The position numbers and the translations under genes are program-made. A DNA stretch of 64,000 bases from Mobula hypostoma. Its lineage: Eukaryota. A model generated the notes under the pieces. That model saw only the letters and a program-made list of their open reading frames with translations. It had not been told where the DNA came from and searched no databases. Shown piece by piece: positions 39,801 to 47,140 of this stretch (position 1 is its first letter; every line of letters starts with the position of its first letter). The stretch covers positions 46,252,001 through 46,316,000 of the forward strand of contig NC_086107.1 of the NCBI RefSeq assembly GCF_963921235.1. The letters are read 5' to 3'.

Positions 39801-42800
39801 TGTCTTTTCTTTCTTTCGGGAATTTTAACCCAATCAATTTATTCCGTCCCAAATTTAGCATTCAAAATCGCGGACGAGAACCCCACTTATGTTACGTACC
39901 CCGTAACTGGGTTGCCAAACCAGCAGAAATGGATCACTCAGTTGGAGTCTGGAGTACTAGAACTAAGAAAGTTTTATTAAAGAAACAAGCAACACAGTAA
40001 TCGAAAGGATAATAAATGCAACAGTTCAGCGATGATAAACACACATGTGCACAGAATTAAGATAACAGCATCAATCAAGCTCTATCGTTGTCTAGGGGTA
40101 AATGACCAAATTTCAAAATGACTCAAAGTTCAGTCCAGTTCAGTTCGCAGTAATCATTGCCATGGCGATGGACAACGTGGGGGAAGAGAGAGATAGAACA
40201 AGAACAACTGATCATTCAGAACACTGCTTCACTCACAGACCAGCGAGATTGCTCACAAGCAACTTTTGGGCGGGTCCTTGGTGATGTCACCTGAGGTCAC
40301 CGACTGTGACCCCTCCTCCAGATGTGGTCGATCCTCTGCAGTGAACCCGGCACCCAGGCAAGGGCGGACACACACCGGGTTCCCGCTGATCGTACCTTTC
40401 CACCCTGGTCGTTGTCTGATACTTCTCACCCACTCGTGAGAGGCGCACCGCTTCCAGGGTCTCGTTACCTCGGGTGGCGTGTGTGTCCTGCCTTAGCGAA
40501 CCTGTCCCTTTTTATCCCCCTGCTGGGGTATCGCCTGTCCATCACTTCAAACAGTTCAGGGTTCAAAGGGGGGAGCCGCTCCAGACAGCTCTCTCTCCCA
40601 CATCCCTTCATTACACATCTCCAGACGCTGCTCCATTGTTCCTTATCTCTCCTTCCCCTGAGGGCAGGTGGCAGACCAACTTGCTGATGTCACTGATGCT
40701 AACCCAGGCCAGCAAACATCTTAATTTTATGTGTATTCTCGTAACAAGGTCTATCAAAGGGAAATCAAGGATGGAAAAACAAATGGATAAGATGGAGAAT
40801 TGAGGGAGAAATCGGGTGGGCTGAAGAAGTATGGCAGTGAAAACTCTCACAGCTGGGACAGGGAAGAAGGATAACCTTTTCTTTTCTTAGTATTTTTTTT
40901 AGGCCTGGTGAGAATTTTACATTTGTCCCCACTTCTTGCTTGGTGAAGTGAGATAAGATGTCTCCTTTGTGGCCATAACTGGATTAAGATTAATTTTGGT
41001 GACCATTGCTTTCCATTTATTCATGGAGGCTTGCTCTTGCCTTCCAATCTGTGGGTGAATTATGTGTGTGTGAAAGGAGATGATCAACACATTAATTATT
41101 TTCTTCACGTTATGTTATTTTCAGCTCTTGGCTGATGGTGAGACATCATTACTTTTTCATTTCTAAGAATTCCATCCCATCTATGCCTATAGAATTTAAA
41201 AATCTTTGTTTAGGAAAGACACCACACTCAGTTCTTTCAATGTTAAAGTCTGAAATAATATTTTATCTGTTTATATTTCATGCTCATTTTTAGCTTTGAG
41301 TCTCTTTGTTTCTTCTCCAGATTTCATGGTAGTTCCATTGTTCTTAATAGTATCAAATCTGTATAAGTACTGTGTTAAATACAAAGGATCATCCTGACAA
41401 GTTAAGCCAATGCATTGCTTCAAATGATCAAATATTAGTTAATGCTTTTTCTATTCTTAATATTTACAGAACCCAGGAATCATTACGTTATTGTTGCAAG
41501 TATTATTTGTATTTTGGCAGTAGTATCGGCATCATTTATAAGATACGTAGTTAAATTAAGAGGTAAGGTCTTTTTTTCTCACAGTACATGAGCATATCTG
41601 CTACTATCTTCTTTATTCCTTCTAGGAATATGGGTATTGGCATGAAGTCAAACGTACATTGTCCATCACTTTGTGTCTCTGAGAGGCCACTTTTCTTGTG
41701 ATGATGACAATGCTGTTGATAAGGTGCTTTAGGACTTTTACCCAATGATGATGGAAGAGCTATTTTAAATGTGGGACAGTTGAGCAGAGTGGAGCCGAGT
41801 TAGAGTTTGTGTGATTACAAGGTGGCACTGAAATAGCAAGTACCAATACAATTTTTGATAACACTTACTGTAATTACAGTAGCCTGCTTTGTATTAAGAT
41901 TGTGTTTAATTTGTTGAGTGTTGTTATTCACAACAGTCTTAACTCAGCCTTTTAAGTGATGGAGAAGATTCTGGTAATAGGAATAAGCTACTTGCAGAAG
42001 AATACTGAGTCTCTGATCTCTCCATAAATTGGCTAATATCCTGGCAATTCCAAGCAGGTAAGTTAGAATAGTGAGTGAGACAGACAAGAAGAACACGAGT
42101 ACCTGCGGGCTGTGCCACCTGGATGAAAAATATGAGCACAGAGAGTGAATGGATGGTTCAGGATCCTTGGATGTTGATGGGTAAGGGTATAGTGGAGGAG
42201 ACAATTGTCAGAATCAGGTTTAATATCACTGGCATATGTCATGAAATCTGTTGTTTTCCAGCAGCAGTACATTGCAACACATAATTTTTAAAAAAAACTA
42301 TAAATTGCAATAGGAAAATAGATATAAAAATTAAATTACAGTGCCTTTAAGAAATATTCACCCCCACCCTGGAAATTTTCATGCTTTATTGTTTTACAAC
42401 ATTGAATCATAGTGGATTTAGTTCGGCTTTTTTTGACACTGATCAACAGAAAAGCACTCTTACTTGTCAATACTGTATGAAAAAGATCTCTACAACATGA
42501 TCTAAATTAATTACAAATATAAAACATAAAATAATTAATTGTATAAGTATTCAGCCCCTTCAAGTCAGTATTTAGTAGATGCACCTTTGGCAGCAATTGC
42601 AGCCTTGAGTCTGTGTGGATAGGTCTCTATCAGATTTGCACATCTGGACACTGCAATTTTCCCCATTCTTCTTTACAAAACTGCTCAAGCTCTGTCAGAG
42701 TGCAAGGGGATTGTGAGTGAACAGCCCTTTTCAAGTCGAGACACAAATTCTCAATTGGATTGAGGTCTGGACTCTGACTTGCCAGTCCAGGACATTAACT

Positions 42801-45663
42801 TTGTTGTTTTTAAGCAATTCCTATGTAGCTTTGGCTTTATGCTTGAGACTGTTGTCTTGCTGGAAAACAAATCTTCTCCCAAATTCTTCCAGACCTCATC
42901 TGGTTTTCCTCCAGGATTTCCCTGTATTTTGTTGCGTTCATTTTACCCTCTACCTCCACAAGCCTTCCAGTTGTGAAGCATCCCCACAGCATGAGGCAGC
43001 CACCACCATGCTTCGTGGTAGGGATGGTGTGTTTTTAATGAAGTGCAGTGTTTGGCTTATGCCAAATGTAGCATTTAGTCTAATGGCCAGAAAGCTCAAT
43101 TTTGTTTTCATCAGACCATAGAACCTTCTTCCAGCTGACTTCAGAGTCTCCCACGTGCCTTCTGGCAAAGTCTAGCTGAGATTTCATGTGTTTTTTTCAA
43201 CAGTGGCTTTTTCTTTGGCTCTCTTCCATAAAGCTGCGACTGGTGAAGCACCCGGGTAACAGTTGTTGTATGCACAGTCTCTCCCATCTCAGCCACTGAA
43301 GCTTGTAACTCCTTCAAAGTTGTCATAGGTCTCTTGATGGCGTTCCTCACTCAAGCCCTTCTTGCATGGTCATTCAGTTTTGAGGACAGCCTGCTCTAGG
43401 CTGATTTATAGCTGTGCCAAATTCTTACCATTTCTTGATGAGAAATTTTCTTGTAACCATCTCCTGACTTGTGCTTTTCAATAACCTTTCCATGGTGTTG
43501 CTTGAGATGTTCTTTTCTTTTCTTGGGGCATTTTTTTGCCAGGATGCTGACTCACCAGTAGTTGGACCTTCCAGATATTGGTGTATTTTTACTACAATCA
43601 ATTGAAACACCTTGACTACACACGGTAATCTCCATTTAACTAATAATGCGGCTTCTTAAACAAATTGGCTGCACCAGTGATGATTACGTGTGTCATATCA
43701 AATGGGGTGAATATTTATGCAATCAATTATTTTGTGTTTTATACTTATAATTAATTTAGATCACTTTGTTTTCACCTAAAACACAAAATAATTGAATGCA
43801 TAAACATTCACTTTGACACAAAAGGGTCTTTTTCTGTGTCAGAAAAGCCAGATTAAGTCCACTGTGATTCAAAGTTGTAAAACAATAAATATGAAAACTT
43901 CCGGGGGTGTGGTGGTTGGTGAATACTTTTTATAGGCACTGTAAATAAGTAGTGTAAAAAAAAGAGTGAAAAAAATAGTGCGGTAGTATAATTGGGTTCA
44001 TTGTTCATTCAGAAATCTGATGGCAAAAGGGTAGAAGCTGTTCCTAAAACATTGTTTGCATCTTCAGGCTCCTGTACCCTCCCCCCTGCCTTGACAGTAG
44101 CAATGAGGATCAAGTAATACTTGCATGTGCTCGGTGATGGGGGTCCTTCATGATGGATGTAGCATTTTGAGGCATCGCCTTTTGAAGACGTTCTCAGTGC
44201 TGGAGAGGCCAGTGCCCATGATGGAGCTGTCTGAGTTTGCAATTTTCTGTGGCTTTTTCTGAACTTGTGCAGATGCTTGTCCGTACCTGATGGTGATATA
44301 ACTTGTTAGAATGCTCTCCACAGTATATCTTAGAAAATTGCTAGTCTTTGGTGACATAGCAAATCTTCTCAAACTCCTAATGAAATATATCCACAAATTA
44401 CTGACGTTGAATGCAAGGTTGTGGTTGTGACACCCCTCAAACTGCTGATCTACCTCACTCCTGTACATCTCCTCATCACCCTCTGAGATTCTGCCAACAG
44501 TAGTTGTCATTGGCAAATTTATAGCTGGTGTTTGAGCTGTGCCTGACCACAGTCGTGGGTGCAGAGAGAGTAGAGAAGTGGGCTAAGCACGCAATCTTGA
44601 GGTGTGCCACATTTTGATTGTCAGTGCAATGATAGAAATGATGAAATATCAAGAGAAAGGAAGCAATTGGAGAGGGGCAGCCAGAGATAAGCAGGTAAGC
44701 AGGGCAAAAATACAGCCAAGGATGCACTTCATGCATTTGTTTACAAATTGACAGGAAAATAAACTATCATTTTGTGGATCACAGCTAACTTCATCAGCAG
44801 TGCTCTGTGATTCCCAACAGATCTCCTGATGAAGCTTCCCAATGACACAATGTTAGGTAATGGTAGTTGTGGTGAGAGGAAAGGCTCCGAGCTTCACAGA
44901 GACATTACTCAGTGCAGCAGTGAATCAGGTTAAATTAACTCACCCTGGAGTCTTCATTCATAGGGGTCCGCGAAATTAGCTTAAGATTTCCCTTCAGCTT
45001 TTGCTTTTGCTTTTCCACCTTCCATGGACATGATTTACTATTATCCCAGACTGCAGTTTTGTATTATTGAACTAATTACCGAGGGTTTTTCATCCGTATG
45101 AAATGAGCACCAAGGATTCCCTGTAACAGGTCCCTTTTAAAACAAAGCCTGTTTTACCGTCAGCACCAATGACTTTAATACTGGCAACAATTTGCACTCA
45201 GTTTACCTCTTGTGAATCCCAGCACAAAGAAACAAACCTTGCCTGCATACAGGTGGAAAACATGTCTTAGTTTCTTAATTTTACAGGTTGTCATGTTAAA
45301 TGGAATGTATTCTGAAAATATTAATGTGTTATAGTTAACACTGACATCTTATTAGATACTATCGATACAAATAATATTTTGAATAGAATGATGACAGGAT
45401 ATACTAAGTTTAATTTTCTATAGGTTATGTAAGATATATTAAACATAATTCATTACATTATAAAATATATAATATTTCATTTTTGTCATTTACAGTCTCT
45501 TCATGTAATGACGTGGAAAGCCAAACATTTTTGGCTAATACATTGTCTGTCAGTAAAGTAGAATTATTTCCTAAGCAAACTGCATGAGAAGGCAATCCAG
45601 GTTAACAATGCATCTTAATTTTCCTTTCTCTTCTACATCCTAGGTGATTCATCAGTCAAGTAA
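21832..45663 (+). CDS. NCR3LG1: Spliced B7-family Ig superfamily gene (signal peptide-IgV-IgC1-TM-short tail), NCR3LG1/B7-H6-like, ~292 aa over 6 coding exons
   Basis: Exons 21832-21880, 25025-25363, 34386-34706, 41470-41562, 45496-45552 and 45644-45663 join in frame (879 nt), with all introns phase 1 and GT...AG. The V domain segment [33 protein letters not shown] resembles what I recall of B7-H6. V+C1 architecture also occurs in tapasin-related and SIRP-like genes, so orthology is not proven. Confidence 0.8.
22255..24390 (-). mobile_element. Nested CR1 LINE RT/3' fragments (two subfamilies) plus a short Penelope pLTR fragment at ~22922-23000
   Basis: YADD-containing ORF 23609-24226, GPDG fragment 23065-23247, 3' motifs at 22429-22611 and 23315-23602. 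Confidence 0.8.
24522..24673. repeat. 152-bp AT-rich inverted repeat (hairpin) in intron 1
   Basis: AGTATTTCAATGACAATATGCAAGTGGATAA (24522 onward) is the exact reverse complement of TTATCCACTTGCATATTGTCATTGAAATACT (to 24673). Inner arms pair imperfectly around a short loop. Confidence 0.9.
25025..25363 (+). CDS. NCR3LG1: Exon 2: IgV domain
   Basis: Acceptor ...ttttatag|, 339 nt open, reads [23 protein letters not shown]...GVKW...[38 protein letters not shown]. Shows canonical B-strand Cys, C-strand Trp and DxGxYxC. Donor G|GTAAG. Confidence 0.95.
26036..29075 (-). mobile_element. Relatively young 5'-truncated CR1 LINE (endonuclease + RT)
   Basis: 661-aa open RT frame 26463-28448 ([20 protein letters not shown]); endonuclease fragments 28445-29127 (FNARS, ITETW, GDFN); (ATAGAAC)n tail at ~26036-26055. 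Confidence 0.95.
29080..29760 (+). mobile_element. CR1 LINE 3' fragment, decayed
   Basis: Nucleotide similarity to the other CR1 3' ends in the window ([16 protein letters not shown] regions). Confidence 0.7.
30300..31084 (+). mobile_element. CR1 5' UTR and ORF1 (zinc finger, SGNH-esterase start)
   Basis: CLSCEM...CQKC and IPLNNKF in ORF 30561-30914, then [10 protein letters not shown]...VCCL up to 31084. Confidence 0.8.
31085..34330 (-). mobile_element. CR1 ORF2 fragments, decayed, with nested Rex1 3' end
   Basis: Minus-strand RT fragments (32205-32591, 31804-32016, 31085-31306) and endonuclease end (33590-34264). Confidence 0.8.
32795..33585 (-). mobile_element. 5'-truncated Rex1/Babar-like LINE 3' end
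   Basis: ORF 33023-33571 ([25 protein letters not shown]) and (CTTTA)n tail. Confidence 0.85.
34386..34706 (+). CDS. NCR3LG1: Exon 3: IgC1 domain
   Basis: Acceptor ttttttacacag|, 321 nt open, reads ARPNISI...[17 protein letters not shown]...[12 protein letters not shown]...YRCVVRH...TLTVP (C1-set CxxxGFYP, W and YxCxVxH). Donor CAG|GTGAG. Confidence 0.95.
35632..35711. mobile_element. 80-bp hAT (Charlie-like) MITE
   Basis: Imperfect TIRs CAGGAGTTTCCAACCT / AGGCTTGGAACTCCAG; flanks CTTTAACA and CTTTACCA (7/8 TSD match). Confidence 0.6.
35811..36667 (-). repeat. 3' LTR of the Gmr1-type element
   Basis: TGTTACG...TGTAACA, direct repeat of 39890-40746. Confidence 0.95.
36842..39790 (-). CDS. 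982-aa Gag-protease polyprotein with vestigial integrase/RT tail
   Basis: Coiled coil; capsid/SCAN-like region ([31 protein letters not shown]); CCHC knuckle [14 protein letters not shown] (38576-38617); protease RDTGAC (38381-38389); then AHE...GGH integrase remnant and KQHPY / VNLEKNEF...VTYLG RT remnants without YxDD. Confidence 0.9.
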   Translation of the reverse strand: MEAEEFIKAPTLEALEDARKSELLAVAKRLNLAKVKSTMRREEIHRAIVEHYVSKGVFPQSELGVVSIEKPAGDAVQVQLEKLRLEHEFRVRQLEHEEKQLERQEREKEVERQERERQLEREEKERERQLEREEKERQWEREEREKQREREFELEKLRIRAEQGLVPNQGGGFRATQEVRLVPPFDDTDVDRYFLHFEKVAINQDWPRDKWVVLLQSVLKGKAQEAYSALSAEDAQRYEVVKEAILRIYELVPEAYRQRFRNARKQWDRTYLEFAREMQTYCERWCASKGVEWDYDRLLQLILIEQFKGCVPEGMRPYLDEKEAATLAATAKLADEYALTHKMKFAPSKGYQKGSQDSGESPPEKSESKSGTSEKDKVDREQSGRKSPGVVCYNCGKVGHFASRCFAPRKETGKGKAEILNGCIELLSEPLGKDRSEKVQEGRERFISAGLVSVKERLKPVPVRIWRDTGACQSLILKSVLEFSSETQTGEVEVKGVGEGTESVPLHQIHLQSNLVSGLVTVGVRSELPMKDVEFLLGNDIAGGIVFPVVRLTGQPASIEAPPMDSQVHHGAAVVDLAVVVNLAEIFLPTLYETGCSEIRGSEGAGTDVAVARKEFVQTQERDEGLMVFAETALSDTALTRELVGYCADEEVLRKKGKSSTVSADEEWGVVQKSYGEEVFNMAHEVPPGGHFAVLEETVGGIMKEIYRLPRGKNVIDHDRRELRRSPAFDMLTNLVGVSVEINEARGPLIRGKNHFEKIRMGSVRWEKAIVLARSTDKVSPLIPEQSESLEGVIKRLAPMCLIVPRKCKELGRWVIVVTIGQPSKQHPYFLSNSVTKGLMNTEVCIGNLIRLSEASLIVNLEKNEFGHTRVTYLGIVVTQGQLAAMRATVQTIADLPTPTDKRALRRLLEMVGYCRKFCNNSAVNTRPPPTKPLREKTESEWDDPCYCGPGQNQMRGYIGRNSSVFLAIMKFAELEPGLRDY
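39890..40746 (-). repeat. 5' LTR of the Gmr1-type element
   Basis: TGTTACG...CGTAACA, direct repeat of 35811-36667. Confidence 0.95.
41470..41562 (+). CDS. NCR3LG1: Exon 4: transmembrane segment
   Basis: Acceptor tatttacag|, reads (E)[30 protein letters not shown]. Donor AG|GTAAGG, phase 1-1. Confidence 0.85.
42200..44620 (-). mobile_element. Decayed Rex1/L2-like LINE 3' portion interrupted by a Tc1 element
   Basis: Fragments 44148-44516 and 44476-44736 ([20 protein letters not shown]); tail piece at ~42200-42336. Confidence 0.65.
42339..43941 (-). mobile_element. Tc1/mariner transposon, full length (~1.6 kb), transposase decayed
   Basis: TIRs CAGTGCCTTTAAGAAATATTCA / TGAATACTTTTTATAGGCACTG with TA on each side. 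Fragments [11 protein letters not shown]...[16 protein letters not shown] and a frameshifted WSDETK region. Confidence 0.9.
45496..45552 (+). CDS. NCR3LG1: Probable exon 5: cytoplasmic tail (V)[18 protein letters not shown]
   Basis: Acceptor tttttgtcatttacag|, 57 nt open in phase 1, donor CA|GTAAAG. Confidence 0.55.
45644..45663 (+). CDS. NCR3LG1: Probable last coding exon (S/G)DSSVK-stop
   Basis: Strong polypyrimidine acceptor ttttcctttctcttctacatcctag|, TAA at 45661-45663, followed by AT-rich sequence with AATAAA at 45940. Confidence 0.55.
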
Positions 45664-45939
45664 AATTAACTTCTGCTTTGAAGGAGAATGCCTCAGTTCT
45701 AATTCAAAGACAAATCCTTATCCAAACAATTAGTCATTGCTTTTGAAATGATATATAACTTTAGAGTCTTCTTGATTGGGAATGAATCGTATTTATCACA
45801 TTAATCAAGAAAACTATCTTAAGTTTAAGAAGAGCAAGAGAAGATGTCGCTAGTACAAATTTTTGGGATTTTCTTTATTTCCTGAAGGAGATCAAGGATT
45901 GATTGGCATATTTTGGCACTCCCTCTTGCTAAATATGAT

Positions 45940-45945
45940 AATAAA
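45940..45945 (+). terminator. Candidate polyadenylation signal of the B7-H6-like gene
   Basis: First AATAAA I found downstream of the stop codon (~280 nt); another lies at 47228. Confidence 0.3.
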
Positions 45946-46015
45946 ATATTTTGAAACTTTATATCTCTGATTTGATATAACACAGGGACTATTTATCCCC
46001 TTTCCCAGCATAGAG

Positions 46016-46365
46016 CAATGGTCCCCAACTTCCGGGCCGTGGACCAATACATTGCTGTGAAGAATGCAGTAGTATAGTGGTAGTCGGAACGCACCCAGCA
46101 CATCTTTAAGAAAAAAGCCAAAATAAACAAGCTAATTAATTAGGTGCCACCCGGCAAGTAAATGTTGGCCCAGATCAGAGGCAACACAATCGGCAATCGC
46201 CTCTACTCTCGGCCGACATTTACGTGCCGGTTGGCAACTAATTAATTAGCTTGCTTATTTGGGCTTTTTTCTTAAAGATGTGCTGGGTGCGTTCTGACTA
46301 CCGCTGCACCGCTGCATTCTTCGCGGCGATGTATCAGTCCGTGGCCCGGAGGTTGGAGACCACTG
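46016..46365. mobile_element. 350-bp almost fully palindromic hAT (Charlie-like) MITE
   Basis: Ends CAATGGTCCCCAAC / GTTGGAGACCACTG, 8-bp TSD GCATAGAG, arms pair along most of the length. Confidence 0.9.
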
Positions 46366-46799
46366 GCATAGAGACATAGCAACATTAGAGTCAAACAACA
46401 CAGAAACCGGCCCTTTAACCCACGCCAGTTGTACCTATAGGGAGGGAACTGAAGGCTCTTAGAGTTACAAAGTTTGCAGCACAGAACGATGTGCCCAGAC
46501 CAACGTAGAGGCCTATTTACATTAATACCTTTTTCCAGCATTGGGCCCATATTTTTGCTGTTCCTTTCTTATCCGTGTATCTTCCAAATTCTTTTTAGAC
46601 AACGTGATTGTATCTGCTTCCAACACCTCCTCTGCCATCTTGTTCCACAGACATACCTCAGCCCCTTCTCCGTAGCTTATGCTGGAAGTTGTCATTTTCA
46701 CCCAATTCTTATTTTCATTGCTCACTTAAAACACATACCTCTGTTCATTTCAGCTCTACCTACCCCAGTCTGCATTAGCACAGTACATGGCAGCACAGT

Positions 46800-47140
46800 T
46801 GCTATCATTTCTTTGTCTAATGCTGCCATCAGGAAGAAGGTGCAGGAGCCTTAGGACTCACTACCAAGGCTGAGGAACAGTTATTACCCCTCATCATCAG
46901 GCTCTTGAACCAGAGAGGATAACTTCACTCAACTTCACTTGCCCCATCAACTGTAGCTATGAAACTCTTCACATCATGTCATCGATATTTATTGCTCACA
47001 GTATTTATATATTATTATTATTATTACTTTTTTCTTTTGAATTTGCACAGTTTGTTGTCTTTTGCACATGGTTGTCCATCCTGTTGGGAATGGTCTTTCA
47101 TTGATTCTATAATAGCGACATATATGTAACTTGATAATAA
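46800..47140 (+). mobile_element. Short decayed LINE 3' end
   Basis: Similar to the 3' end of the element at 1-1990 (ggaacag...ccatcaggctcttgaac), ending in gataataaa. Confidence 0.5.

Larger units (their letters stand above)
35811..40746 (-). mobile_element. Young non-autonomous Gypsy (Gmr1-type, PR-IN-RT order) LTR retrotransposon in intron 3
   Basis: Two 857-bp TG...CA LTRs, about 98% identical by eye; 4-bp TSD AGGT; PPT AAAAGGGGGGAAG next to the 3' LTR; tRNA-Pro-like PBS TGGGGTTCTCGTCCGCGAT next to the 5' LTR. Confidence 0.95.

Noticed and set aside
41536-41560. ITIM in IRYVVKL
   Set aside because: Residue Y+3 is Lys, not L/V/I, and it sits at the membrane boundary.
41626-42057. Extra tail exons at 41626 and 41957-42057
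   Set aside because: Both hit stops in the required phase (GIWVLA*, VMEKIL...ISP*). The first needs a 63-nt intron and the second would put a stop before a downstream junction.
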